In this document: positions 36,963 to 50,317 of the stretch, one piece after another
Numbering within the stretch: position 1 is the first letter of the stretch
Layout: every line of letters starts with the position of its first letter
Assembly (NCBI GenBank): GCA_965637545.1
Contig: OZ281496.1
Coordinates: forward strand, 12,834,001-12,898,000
Direction: 5' to 3'
Length of the DNA stretch: 64,000 bases
DNA from: Phallusia mammillata
Lineage: Eukaryota
The notes under the pieces: generated by a model
The model's input: the letters and a program-made list of their open reading frames with translations, nothing else
What the model was told of the DNA's origin: nothing
The model's database searches: none
Translations under genes and position numbers: made by a program

Positions 36963-38628
36963 ATGGAGTTTTAACGAAATGCTCATTCAAATGGTACACG
37001 ATTCTCCTTGTATGTACGATGCTCAGCATTGTAACTATAAGGACAGCAAGCGAAAGGAAAACGTTTGGAAGAACATCAGTCAATGTACTGGTCAATCAAG
37101 TAAGTTAGTTTAATTATTCTTAGCAGAGCATGCACATAACTCTACGAATTCACTATACATACATATGTTACAGTGGATGTTTGTATGAAACGGTGGAAGG
37201 GTCTAAGAGACCGATTTTTGAAAGAAAAAAAGAAACAAGAGAGTTCCAAAAAAAGTGGTGCAGGAGCTTCAGCCACATCAACTTGGGAACATTACGATGC
37301 ACTCACCTTTTTGAATGACCATTTAAGGCACAAGTTGTATGTCAATCAATGACAATGTTACATTATTCACTTGCTACTGTTTAATACTGTACACTGCTAA
37401 AAAAAATTGCATACTTTGTAGGACAGTTGGTAATGTTCCATCAAGCCCTGCAGTTCTTGATTTTACACAAGATGATGCAGACACAACCGATGGTATGAAT
37501 AATCATTAAACATGTACTTTTTATGATTTATGTGTGTTTTTTGATTTTATGTTTAGAAATGATTACTCTTGAAGTTGTAGATGATCCCTCTGTCCCTAAC
37601 ATATCTACCTCTACACCAAGTACTTCATCTAGACCAGCTAAGAAACGAAAATGTTCAGATCGCATAGAGTTTGAGGTTAGCAAAATTAGGCCACTGATAT
37701 ATGCTGTATTGTTGTCATTAATGATCTTCCCATATTATGTTGTAGGAAGGCATTTTAAAAATGTTACATGAAAATAGATTCAATTCAATTCAATGGTTTA
37801 TTTGTCACGATTTCGTGTAACAGTAACAAAGAAAATTGCACAACAAGTAACTACGTGACAGGTCAACAAAAGGCCAATCATTGGCCGCCAAGTCATTGAC
37901 CCATTATCGTCTATTTGGAATAACGATAAAAAAAACGAAGATCGGCAATTAGCAGTTAGCAGTCACCTGGAAAAGTGATTGCTGGGGCAAAATTACGAGG
38001 TAATGCAGTAGGACGGTAAAAAAACAAACAGTAATAATACAATACAATGTTTACAATGTAATTCAGTACGTAAAATAAGAAGAAGCAGAAACGCAGTAAC
38101 AACACAATTATACAATAAGCGAAAATGCAAGGATATTTTTGAACGAATCGTTGTGTGCGCACGATCGAACAACTAGCTGGAGGGCAAATTAGCGACAAGA
38201 AAAGAAGGCCAGCAGCAGTGCGTAGGTTGATTGTGTGATTGGGCACAGTTAATCAATGCAAAAACAACGTAAGGCATGTTTACAACAGCACGTGGGCGGG
38301 GGCAGCATGTAATGACGGAACCATTTTTTTTTTAAATGGAGCATATCTGCTAACAAGAAACTGTTTTACTTTCTTTTTGAAAGTGTGTAAGCCCACATGT
38401 TTAATGTTTTCTGGCAGAATGTCCCACATTTTAGAACTGGCAAAGAATATGGTATCAGTAGAAGAAATTAAAGGCTTGAAACCAAACCCATCAGAAGATG
38501 ATCAATTCATCAACTTTGGAAATGTTGTTGCTAACACTTTGAAAAGCATGACAACAGACATAGCATATGAAGCTATGAGTGATATAATGCAGTATTTGTC
38601 AAAGAAATTTAAACCTTCCAATGACTAA
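36963..38628 (+). pseudogene. MADF (Myb/SANT-like) plus BESS-like gene, disrupted
   Basis: LIQMVHDSPCMYD..KENVWKNIS|, CMKRWKGLRDRFLKE, WEHYDALTFL, DDQFINFGNVVANTL. Early frameshift and a LINE insertion in the last exon. Confidence 0.8.
37779..38458 (-). mobile_element. 5'-truncated CR1/L2-type LINE
   Basis: ORF2 C-terminus TIFFASSKMWDILPENIKHVGLHTFKKKVKQFL, then 3'UTR, AATAAA and an (ATTGA)n tail. Confidence 0.75.
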
Positions 38629-38778
38629 TTTGCTGTTTTTTATTTTTTTTTTCATTATAATTTCTTTCTGTGCAAACTTACATTCCATAATTGGTCATGT
38701 AGCATACATGAAAATGGTGTATTGAAGAACATAAAAACTCCATACACATGAAGCTAAAAAGTACAAGCATGCATCCAC

Positions 38779-40187
38779 TTACATTCGATTAACTACATTA
38801 TTTTGCCATGGAAGTTTGCCATTTTCTGACAAGAAATAATCCTTAAATGTGTCCCTAATTAGAGCAGCTTCATGAGCATACATATTTGTAGCCATTCTAC
38901 CTATGGGTTGGAAGTTTGAGGAGTTTTGAATTTCAGATCGCCATTCTCCAAATATCATATTTCCCATTCTGTCTTCCCGGTCAACATATGTTGGTGCACA
39001 ATACATTCTTTCATTTACCAAAGATTGTCTACTTTTTATCTGTAAAAAGTTATGTAAACAACAGGCAGCTTTTGTTATGGCAATTGCTTTTTGGGGCTCT
39101 GCTATAATAGGTCTTCTGAATATTCGCCAGCGAGTGGCTAAAATACCAAAGGTATTTTCAATGACCCTTCTGGCACGTGATAAACGGTAGTTAAAAACAC
39201 TTTTATCAAAAGGAAGTCTCTTTCCTGGGTAGGGTCTCATTAGGTTGGGTCTTAGAGGAAAGGCAGCATCACCCACAATACAGTAAGGGACAGTTATATT
39301 GGTTTTTGGAATACATTCAGCAGCAGGCATATTTAGATCATCATTCATAAATTTTTTACCGTATTCAGAATTGGCAAAAACACCCCCATCACTGTGTCTG
39401 CCTGAATCACCAATATCTAACAAGGTAAAGCAATAATGTGCATCGCATACAGCCAATAATACAATGCTATGTGTTCCCTTGTAGTTAAAGTATTCAGACC
39501 CAGCATTTTTGGGGGCCTGAATGACCACATGCTTGCCATCTAAGCACATTGGAAAATTCCATAAATCATCAAATTCCTTTGCAATTATTTTCCATTCTTC
39601 TGAACTTTGTGGGGGTTTAAGGTATTCTGGCTGCAATACAGACCATATTGCTTCACAAGTTTCATTGATGATTTGGCACACAGTTGAATGGCCAACTCTG
39701 TAACTCAAGGAAATGGTTGCTTGAGAGTCCCCGGTGGCTAAAAACCTGTTATAAATGTTGTCATAATAAAATAATGGACTTGCACATTAATCAACAAACA
39801 AGTAAAACCCACCTTAGCGTAATTGCGAGTCTTTGTGCAGATGAAATTGATTTTCTCCAGTGGGTATCCTTTTTGCTGATCAAAGGTTCTACTTTCTGCA
39901 GTAGTTCATAGAAAGTTTGCACATCCATTCTAAAGTACTTGTGAAAGCTTTCAGGATCATCCTGCATGTTTTTCACCAAGTTGAACTCACCCATTTCTTC
40001 TCTGTCCTGAAAGATTGGACGAACCCATACTCTGCACATAAACAAAAATCCTTAACAAACTGATTTAGGTACTTTGATAGTACAATATGTCTTACCTTCT
40101 TGGGTAAATAATGTTGCGAACAAGTATCATGATAAGAATTAATTGCTGTTCCAGCAATAACAAAAGCAGTAGGTCAATTCTATCCAT
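38779..40187 (-). CDS. Harbinger DDE transposase, 3 exons
   Basis: VWVRP, YFRM, QRLAITLR|FLATGDS, LDGKHV, SDGGVF, VGDAAFPL, RRVIENTFGIL. The frame is open but lacks the usual GA-containing tripeptide before the first Asp. Confidence 0.92.
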
Positions 40188-40715
40188 TTTAACTGCTGTC
40201 AGTGTAAATAAAGCAGATTTTGCATCACGACAATACCCCTTTGCAGCATATACCGTCGTCCGCTTTGACGCCTACCGCGTAGCGTGTGTGTAACCCTTTA
40301 TCGCTAGACGCGACGTTTCTCGCTTGTGTCACATCGCCAACGCCAGACGCTTGACGTTTAACGCGTATGTCTGCATAGCCCTTTACTGTAACAATCTTGC
40401 AGCTAAACTTAGGAAAAGGTGAAAGTGTATTAAAAGCGATCAGTATTTAAGTAAGAAGATGGATAATGTTGGCATCACAGATTCCAATTTCAATTAAAAA
40501 AGGCATCAACACAATTTGACTTGTCACAGGGTGAAATTACGATATTTGGGAAGCCTGTTAAAGTTTATTTGGCCGGTAGAAAATCAAGTCCGTTTGTTAA
40601 AAAAACAATTGCGTTGCAAAGTCACGTGTTTTACGGTGTCAGTTTTCCATAGAAACGCAATACACAGTCTCGGAGCAGCACCCCCAGTAATTTTAGGCAC
40701 GAGCCGCCACTGTTA

Positions 40716-41545
40716 ATGACAAACAATAACTAAAATAATAATAATTTTGATTTTGTAAAAGGAAAAAGTCACACTACAGCCGCAGAGTCTCAACCTCTGC
40801 AAGTCGATCACCATCAACCCACCACTAAAACTGTTTAGAAATAATTAACTCACGACAAACAATAACTAAAATAATAATAATTTTGATTTTTGAAGGGAAA
40901 AAGTCAAGCTACAGCAGCAGAGCTCTTCAAAGAAGAGTCTCAACCTCTGCAAGTCAGTCGCCATCAACCCACCGGTAATACTGTTTAGAAATAACCAAAT
41001 GATGACAAACAATAACTAAAATAAATTTGATTTTTTAAAAGGAAAAACTCACACTACAGCCGCTAAGCTCTTCAAAGCAGAGTCTCAACCTCTGCAAGTC
41101 GATCGCCATCACCCCATAGGTAATACTGTTTAGAAACAACTAAATGATGACAAACAATAACTAAATTCATGATAATTTTGATTTTTTTAAAGCAAAAAGT
41201 CACACTACAGCCGCAGAGCTCTTCAAAGCAGAGTCTCAACCTCTGCAAGTCGATCGCCATCAACCCATAAGTACTGTTCAGAAATAATAATAATAATTTT
41301 GATTTTTTGAAATCAAAAAGTCACACTACAGCCGCAGAGCTCTTTAAAGCAGAGTCTCAACCTCTGCAAGTCGATCGCCATCAACCCATAGGTAATACTG
41401 TTTAGAAATAACTAACTGATGCCAAACAATAACTAAATTAATAATAATTTTAATTTTTGAAATGGAGAAAGCCACACTACAGCCCCAGAGCTGTGCAAAG
41501 CAGAGTCCCAACCTCTACAAGTCGATCGCCATTAACCTATAGGTA
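40716..41545. repeat. Tandem repeat, about 135-150 bp unit, about 6 copies
   Basis: gacaaacaataactaaa...cacactacagccgcagag...tctcaacctctgcaagtcgatcgccatcaaccc is repeated. Confidence 0.92.
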
Positions 41546-41776
41546 AATTGTGAAATGTTTAACAATGTTTTTGTGGACTTATTTTAAAAAAAATTAACTT
41601 TTTTAAGGTAGATATCAGCAATCGCATTCTTCCAGCCTCCAGCTTTCCTCTGTAGGGTTAGTATTTATTGTTTTGAAACAATCTTCTACTTTGTATTCCT
41701 TGAGATTTGTTACAAATATCCCTTTCGTATTAAAGCAAGTAAATGGTTAGTGCAATATACTTATTTTCACTTTTAG

Positions 41777-42412
41777 GTCCGTTTCATCCAGAAAAAGAAG
41801 GCTATGTCCACTCTGCCATGAAACGTGCACAAATATGACGCACCATAGAAAAAACATAAGGATTTTCCAAAGGAAGATTTTTATTCTGATAGTTTTGCAA
41901 AACGGAGAAGGTTGGATAGTTACAAAAACTTTTCAGGCTACCAATGCTGTTTTTGCAAGTTGATAGTTTCGGGCATAAAAAGCCACATTGCTCACAAACA
42001 CAAGGAGATACAAAAAGGCTCCAAAAGGCTCAACAATGTTGTAAATAGAAGCATTGAATGACATTATGGATACATATCAAAATGCTTTGATAACTATGGG
42101 AAGTAGAAACAGGAATAAAACAACAACTACCCAGGCACAAACATATGTGAATCAAATTAAATCTGTGATCACATGTTTAGACCACAAATTTCCCAAAACT
42201 ATATATTTAAATTTATCCAAAAAAGTTTGTAAAGATGGAAGTGCAAAAAAAAATGGAGGCACTGCGACGTAAAAAATATGGTTCACTTTCATGTGTTGAA
42301 CTCAAATTGCTCTCTGGTGATTTGTTTGCCAGGCTGATCTGTCACCAAGGGTGCAGATCATCTCTTCTCACTGGGATGTTAAAAACTGAATTCCAAAATC
42401 GAGAAATTACAT
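41777..42412 (+). pseudogene. Tandem zinc-finger plus tyrosine-recombinase-like gene remnant, copy 1
   Basis: RKRRLCPLCHETCTNMTHHRK.H, YKNFSGYQCCFCKLIVSGIKSHIAHKH, IMDTYQNALITMG, ARLICHQGCRSSLLTGMLKTEF. Cut by the Harbinger insertion. Confidence 0.5.
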
Positions 42413-42601
42413 CTGGGGCGGCATTACGAACACATCTCGCTAAGTTTAGCGAGCTCGGTATTGACGCACGACCTCGTTAAGTAAAGATTTGATATTACGA
42501 ACCCCCGCCTCGCTAAACTCCTCGCTAACTAACGAGGACCTCAGACCACTCGCTAACGCCGAATTATCCCGGACAAAGCCGTACAGCTGCGTCAGCAAGT
42601 A

Positions 42602-43747
42602 ATGGCTGTCTATTTTGCCACTAAACGCTCATACAAACGAAAAAAGGTAAGACAAAATCCCCTGGAAATGTCGGATTTAGAATTAATTTCAGAATATCGA
42701 ATGCCCAAGCTGTGATAATGGATTTGTGCAGCCACTTGCACGAAGATTTAAAACCAAAGAGTGCCAGTAAAAGATGTCTTACAGTTGATGATCAAGTTTT
42801 GATAGCATTAAAACTTTTGGCATCGGGAAACTTTCAAAATTCAGCCAAGGACAATATTAACGTTTCACAACCAACTGTCAGTGTAGTACTAAGTCGATTT
42901 ATAGATAGTTTGATTTCAAAACGACATCAATTCATCCACATGCCAAACAGGGTGTCTTCAACAATGATAAAGCAACAATTTTATTCAATTGCACGGTTTC
43001 CTGGCGTCATAGGTGCCATTTATGGAACACATATTTCCATAATTGCACCAAGTGAGGAATAACATCTCTTTGTCAACAGAAAGGGTTATCATTCCATTAA
43101 TGTGCAGGCAAGTTGTATACTTTTCCCTTGCCATAAATTGGTTTTGACTTCAAATTATTTTTGCAGGCTATATGTGACGCCAATATGGTATTTTTGGATG
43201 TGGTATGCAAGTGGCCTGACTCATGTGATGATTCATTCATTCTTCGACAATCAAATGTGTATCAGGATTTTGAGGATGGAAAATATCACGATGACATTTT
43301 GCTGGGTGACAGTGGTTATCCATAAAAACTTGGGTTAATGACAACTCTTAGCCATCAAAGTATCCCTTCACAACAGAAGTATAAATAAGGCTCACAAACA
43401 AACACGGCCAACTATAAAGAAGTAAGTTACACTTGTCTTGCATCTCATAACATTAACATAATGATAATGAAGCTTTGTTGTTTAGGGCATTTGGTGTTTT
43501 GAAACACAGATGGAAAGTTATTGATCACAGAGGAGGAAGGTTATGTTATTCACCTCTACAAGTTTGTAAAATTACAATGTGTTGTTTCATTCTGCACAAT
43601 ATTTGTTGCCTTTACAATATGCCATTGCCTCAACCACTGCCAGCAAATTCTGACATATATTCACTTTTAGACACCACCACAACAAATGAAATTCATGACT
43701 TGCAAGGTAGTACTGTGAGAGACTCGATTGTTTCTACATCCCAATAA
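42602..43747 (+). pseudogene. HARBI1-like transposase pseudogene
   Basis: QVLIALKLLASGNFQ, FPGVIGAIYGTHI (catalytic D replaced by Y), NRKGYHSINVQ, LLGDSGYP*, AFGVLKHRWK; stops present. Confidence 0.9.
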
Positions 43748-44031
43748 AGTGATGTTTGTAAAATGTTTTTTGTGTTTGTTTATTGGAAAAGTGGCAGCAT
43801 AGCAACACAGAAATGAACTGGAAAAAATAGGTAACAGAACACTGAACATATATGAAAGTAAGAATGTAGGTAAAAAGAACACTGAAGAAATATGGAATTA
43901 TTGAATTAGGGAATGAAAAACAGTGATCAAGAATGAACAAAAATCCTAAAAGACTTGCGCAGAACGAGACCTCTAAACCAACAGTGAAAGTAGTAAATAA
44001 TATAAAATTGAAAAAAAATGCAAATTAGTTC

Positions 44032-44949
44032 CTAATCATCAAGTGTAAAGGGTTGACTACAGGTTAATTCAACTTTACTCGTTTCAGCCGACTGCAACTT
44101 TTGTCGCTTCAAATCATTTGCTATTATCATTTGTTCCAACTGTTGCTGTTGAATTATAGCAATGTTTGAAATTTGGACATAAATTTCTTTTTGTATGTCA
44201 ACTATGTCCTTTTCTGGATCACGACGCCGGCGTTTTGCTTTGGGTTGTAATGATGCTTCAGAGTGTGATGATGCAGGGCTCACTGGTTCTTCAATTATTT
44301 AAAAAAGGCTGTCATCCATAGTTGAACAAATGCAACCGGTTCTTCAACATCTTGAGGTGGTTGGCTTGTAGTGGCAGACTGGGAAACACTTTCTACAAAA
44401 AAAAAAAAAACAATTTGGTGATATAACTGCACAAACCATTTGTAACATAACAAAGGGTACTTAACTATGACTGCTTTCAAGTGATGATGCATCTTTTATT
44501 CCATAGACTGCCTGTTGTCCAATTATGTTAATGATTTGGTAATGAACATCTGAAGGTGGTGTAGCTTTGTTCACACCACCACCAGTTTTAGTTGATTCTT
44601 TTTTCCATTCCGACACTGATTTTTTTGCAACACTTCTTAAATCCCACCACTTATGTTCCACTTGCTCAATTGTGCGATTAACACCACTGATATTGACTGA
44701 ATTGACCTGTAAAATAACATAATCTATCTACAGCAGTAATAAAAAATATTGTGCACAAATCTTACCATAGTTGTCACTATTTTCCAAGCTTGTTGTTTTG
44801 AAGCAACTGTAATTTCTGGTGAAAATGAACCCAGAATGCATTTTGCATGTTTTTCCACTGCATTAACTAATGCTTCTACTTCAACCGCTGTCCATCTTGG
44901 AGATCGCTTTTTTACAATTTTACTGCTTTTTGTATCCATAATATCCATA
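44032..44949 (-). CDS. Myb/SANT-like DNA-binding protein (Harbinger ORF1)
   Basis: KRSPRWTAVEVEALV..KQQAWKIV|VNSV..RTIEQVEHKWWDLRS..KTGGG, with a coiled-coil tail; multi-exon. Confidence 0.85.
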
Positions 44950-45404
44950 ATCAATTTACTTTTCAAACAAAAACTTAAGCTTACACAAACACTGAACAGA
45001 AGAAATAAAATAATTCGGCGTAAAACTTCCAAAACAATGCCACTGATGTCCACGTGAAGCTCAACTGCCAACAAAAATGGCCTTCCACAAGATGTCGCAT
45101 AGCGCGACTTCCTGATTTTGCTGAGTCAGACGTCTTTTTTCTCACGATTTTGACGCATTTTCTCGATTTTGCGTCAGGCTTTAGCGAGGCGTTTGCGAGG
45201 ACACTTCGTAATACCAAATAAGTTAGCGAGTTTCTCGCTCGTTAAGTCCTCGCTAAAAAATATTTTAGCGAGCGAGGAAGTGTTCATAATGCCGCCCCAG
45301 ATGAAACAAAATTGGCAACACATATTCTTGGTAATGAATCTAACTTGTTTAAAATGCAGTGCTTGATAAAATTACTGCATTTCGACAGTTTTTTTTATGT
45401 TCGC

Positions 45405-45925
45405 ACCATCAAAAGGGAAATTTCATGTCCAATTGCTTGGTTTCCTACCAGTTCAACACCAGCAACTAAGCTAGCACGAATGTTCTGAAAGGTTGTATTT
45501 GAACTGAAAAAATGGGGTTGAAATTTATGCACTTGTGGCGGATGGTGACTCCATAAACAGAAAATGCTTTTTGTTGCTAAGTGGTCTAAAAAGCCTACGA
45601 CTGGACCAACCTTTTGTCGCACCCAATCCATTTTTGGCGAATCGGCAAATATTTTTATGCTCTGATCCTCCACATCTATTAAAAGTAAGGATTTTTACAT
45701 TGTGTTGCAGTCGAGCCAACTAACAAAGGCATTTGTTTTGCAGACTGCTAGAAACTCTCTATTTCCAAACCAGGTGGCACTAGATATGTGAATATGGGCA
45801 CAGGAGATGGTGATATTCTGTGGAGCCATGTCTTACAACTTTACAAGAAAGAGCAAAAAAGTCCTATTCTAAGCAGAACCAAATTGTCAAAATCTCATAT
45901 TGCACTGAATCTTTTTAGTAAAGTA
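45405..45925 (+). pseudogene. P-element/THAP9-like transposase remnant
   Basis: CPIAWFPT, ADGDSINRK, IFLCSDPPHLLK|TARNSL, ILWSHVLQLY, KLSKSHIALNLFSK. Confidence 0.75.
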
Positions 45926-46220
45926 TGGAATTCTAACATTTTCGTTTACAAATTAAACCTAACAACTAGCTTCACGGGCAAAACAATTTTACCATAGTGT
46001 TAGAACAAATCATCTGCAAGGGGTTATAATTGGTTGTGTGCAATGAGAAGTAATTTCCATGCACTTATATCATGAATTCAACAAGAGTGTCTCTTTCCTT
46101 CAGACAAGAGGATGTATTGTGTCATGTGCATCATCTCGTTCTGATCCAAATTGCTGTCTTTGGCTCTCTTCAGCCTCTTAAAATTTATAAAAAATTTGTA
46201 ACTTCCAAAGTTGTTTGTAG

Positions 46221-46332
46221 TAGATGTAAGTTCAGAAAAAACAACTTAGTCGTTCACCCTTTGGTTTTAAAGATATATATATTTAAAACCAAAGGGTGAA
46301 CGACTAAGTTGTTTTTTCTGAACTTACATCTA
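46221..46332. repeat. Perfect hairpin with 51-bp arms and 10-nt loop
   Basis: 46221-46271 is the exact reverse complement of 46282-46332. Confidence 0.95.
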
Positions 46333-46670
46333 TTGCTATAAGGCTTTTTAGTCTTCATCTACCAAGCAACGGACTGGGTGATTCCAGCTTTAAGTTTCAA
46401 TTACGAGTATTGTTTGTAGTAGTTATAATAATTACAGCATGCTTAGTACTGATCACTGTGTTTACCTTACAACACCAAACTTTCTCATGTTTATCTCTTG
46501 AAATGCATTATTTTCAACTTTGCTTGTGTGGGGACCCATGTGTTATACTTAAAGTAAAAAAGACTATGGCTTATAAGGGACCCATCATAAAATATGTCTA
46601 GGGATTATATTAACGTTTTAAAATATGTTTTGTTTGATATGCGAAATCCGGAAAATAAAATTACATGTTA

Positions 46671-47342
46671 AGGCCCGTTTACACTGTGCTTAGCGGCGCC
46701 TAACCTAACCCAACCTTTGTTTGTTTACACTGCGATTTTCAGTGCGTACCTAAGTGTACTAAATAACATACTCGACGTCATTTTTAGCTCACAGTGACTA
46801 TCGATGGATGGTTACCTATTTTAGATTCGAAAAAGCTTTGTATGAATCTAAATTAAATGGTATTTTGTCAGTAAACATGATTTTGCATCTCGGTAATCAT
46901 ATAGGATTGTTCAGGATGTTGTTGTATAGATATTTGGCATGTTTATCTTACTTTTATGTTTTTATAGCATGTAGTCCCCTGTGCTGGTCAAAATGTACAT
47001 TTTAAATGCACATAATTACAATATGTAAACACAAACAACTTCACATACAATCATAACAATGTAATAAATAATTAAGATTGAGGCGAATAGCGTTCCATCA
47101 TTTATTTTGGACAAATGAACCAACTTTTTCAAATCCAAACCCGCACACAGCGATAACACAAACCGTTTGCGCAGGTTCAAGCTGCTTGATACGCAGAAAA
47201 ACGCTCGGTAGGCGATCGTTCGCTCATTTCTACGAGACTTGAGCGCCCGAAATCAGTCACGCGCGAAACCAGACAGAAAAAATGAAACAAACAAACTTAC
47301 GCAGGTTTGAGCGAGCGCGCTACGCATAGTGTAAACGGGCCT
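46671..47342. mobile_element. Harbinger/Tourist-like MITE
   Basis: TIRs aggcccgtttacact / agtgtaaacgggcct; TTA TSD on both sides. Confidence 0.93.
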
Positions 47343-48970
47343 TTAAGTTGATTGAAAAGAAGCAAGAATGTGTCCAACATCTGAAATTACTGACTTAAAG
47401 TTTAATGAAGTACACAACATCATGTTTCAAGTATGAGTCATTTTTGTTGGCACCAAAACATACGATATAATTCATATTGCACAACAACCATTTATTGCAA
47501 GATGTTTTCAAACCTATATCACTGAGCAGCTGCCATTGTGGTGCAGGATAATAATTACAATACAACAATCCAGGGTTCATAAAATGTTATTGTCAATTTA
47601 CATTGTATTTAGTTTTTCTCATGTAAAATTATTGCTGCTAATTTCCACAGATAAAAGTAGGACTTGCAACAGATACCTTAAGTTGGAAAGTGTTTGGAAT
47701 CCATGCCAGGTGCTTTGGGCACATCCAAGTTTGTGCTTTTATTTGCAGAGTATGATTTGTAATAAACCATTTATGACTGCATTTTAAAGTTTACATTACT
47801 TAGATGGTTTGATGTAATGAATTGTTCTGTCGAATGTCCAATTCAACATGCAAGTGATGCACGGATAGCTTTTTTGCAAAAGTTTGTTGACAAAATAATG
47901 TCATGGAAGTTACTATAGTAGCAGTTTTTTTCATACTTATGACAACTCAAGTATTCCAATCATGCACTAACAATCATTGGAACTTGGTAGAGGAGAAGCA
48001 TGCTGGAGAGTATAAGCGCCTACCTGCAGTGCCAACTCTCACTGGACTGATTTAAACCTAAATTGCTGTAACAGCACCATAAACGCCCATGCTCTGTTGC
48101 GCCACCTACCAGAAGTTCTAACACCGGGCCCAAGCCTATGCTCAGTGTTAGTAGCTCTACCGTGCTCTTGCACAACAATCTATCATATTCGGTATCCAAT
48201 CAGACCACAAAGTTTAATTTCGCAACCACAAGATCACAAAGTCATACTACATCCTAATTAACTGCAACAGGAAATATTTTAAAGTTCAATCACGAGTTTA
48301 GAACCCAGTGGAATAAAACTATTACACCATTTGACTTCATTGCGAGCTTTGTACTAGCAGGATAAAAGCAAGCTAATTACGTAGCTACTATTTCGAAATT
48401 TGCATAAATTATATCACAACCGCTGCATAACAATAGGAGGGTCTTGGTTGACAACATCAGATGTCAATTTCTAACAAACCTATTTAGTTACCGTTGCACA
48501 CATTACCACGAAATACTTTAATAAATGTTTGTAAGTTTAAAAGCAAAGTTTCAAGCATTGTAATTCGCAATCCCATTAAAAAGGTTTTTGGTTGTTTTAT
48601 ATTGTTGTTACATCTTGCATAATTTATAATTATTCCTAAAACAGCAGAATCCATGGTCGCAATGGCTAACTTTGCGAAATCGGCCATCTTTTAACAACTC
48701 TAATTCATTATAGGTCAAATACCAGATTATTTCGCCTTACCAAAATTGCCGTTTTTTGTTTTGTTTTCCTTCAAACAAACGAAACAAACTTACTCAACCG
48801 TGACAAAACATTGCAACAAATTTCAAATCCCAAGACCTAAAAATAATTGTACGGTTACATTGGAAAGCTTGTACGGCAAATTGATTTGTTGGATAACTGT
48901 TTGTGCACAATTTCATTGAGACATTACTCAGCCGAGAATAATTTTATTTCACAATACAAAAAGTGTTTTG

Positions 48971-49349
48971 GGGTGGCACTAAAACGCTGAATGGGCGGGA
49001 CGTCGCGACGTCGTGAAAACCGCTAAATATCGGGTTAAATTGCTGACGGTTAGAGCTATTAGGGTTGGGATAAGGTTTTATAATAGAAAATCATTAAAAT
49101 AAATTCCGCCGGACACTACATTCCGCGCCCGAAACGTCCCGCCATCTCCCGCGACGGCCCTCCATAGCATTTTTGCCTAATGTCAGGAAATAGTTGAATA
49201 AGTTTTAGGCAGGGACATTTTTTTATTCATATACTATGATAAAACCTCAACCCAACTCTAATAGCACTAACCGTCAGCAATTTACCCGATATTTAACGGT
49301 TTCCGCGACGTTCCGCCCGTCCCGCCCATTCAGCGTTTTAGTGTCACCC
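48971..49349. mobile_element. Mutator-like (MULE) MITE
   Basis: About 110-bp imperfect TIRs starting gggtggcactaaaacgctgaatgggcggg; 9-bp TSD AGTGTTTTG at 48962-48970 and 49350-49358. Confidence 0.9.
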
Positions 49350-50317
49350 AGTGTTTTGTGGTGTTCCTTTTTTTTCGATGACAAATTTATAACTACCATT
49401 TTTCAAGTTAACTTATTTGACAAAATCTGCAAATAACCTGCCTCCGCAGACGCGGTTTGATTATTTTCAATTTGATTTTTGAACATTGGAAGTTGGTAAC
49501 TGTAAAAAGGTTCAACTTCGGGTTTCGCTGGGTTGGAGCAATACAGCTTAAGTTTCCTTTTCAGAAAAACACAAGCAGGACCGGTCCATAACCTAATGTC
49601 ACTTTTGGTGACTATGTACATTTTTGCCAAAATTGCTGAATTGATTTTACAACCCAACTTAAACATTCAAACCAGAGTGCATAGATAACTGTGTGTATTG
49701 TTTTCACAATGAAAAGAAACATACCTATACGTGAAACATCAAGAGAAATGGGAATGATTGCACAAAATTACATTTCCTGCATGTAATAGCACTTCAAACT
49801 GAACTGAATACAAAAACTATGTGAACAAATATTTCAGTGCATTGGTAAAAAAAATAAAAACTCATAGAAAACTAGAGAAAGGTGTTCATCTGACAGTAAC
49901 GAAAGAGGTGCGTACATTGGATTTAATTATACAAAGTTTGTTGCATCTAAAAAGCTTGAAGAGTTATTTACACGAAAAGAAACATATTTTAGACTAAACG
50001 TTCTTGTGGGTAAATTTGTTTGTTTTTTCTTTGAATGTTCCTATGACGAAAAGTTTCCAGCTAGTCTAAGCAACTTTTGATTTGTAAGAGCATCTTATTT
50101 TTCTTCCTAAATCTTGGCTGTGCAGAAGACATTTTAACATTCCATATAGGAGCTGAATCAATTTTCGCTGTAATCAAAGATTTTATATTTGTAACCTTGT
50201 TTCAAAAATATGTCAATCAAAAGTGACATGTTGTTATTCTATCATGCAGAAGCATTTTTGGGTACACGATAAGAAATAAATTCGGTAAATTCTAGGAAGA
50301 TATATATTTGTTAGAAG

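Larger units (their letters stand above)
36722..40382. mobile_element. Full-length Harbinger element (MADF gene plus transposase)
   Basis: Imperfect TIRs (agcgggattcacaccagacgcgttaa / ttaacgcgtatgtctgcatagccct) with TTA on both flanks. Confidence 0.85.
42416..45297. mobile_element. Full-length Harbinger element (transposase plus Myb/SANT gene)
   Basis: TIRs gggcggcattacgaacac / gtgttcataatgccgccc flanked by CTG and CAG. Confidence 0.9.

Noticed and set aside
47540-48060. Continuation of the P-like transposase
   Set aside because: No diagnostic motif was recognised.
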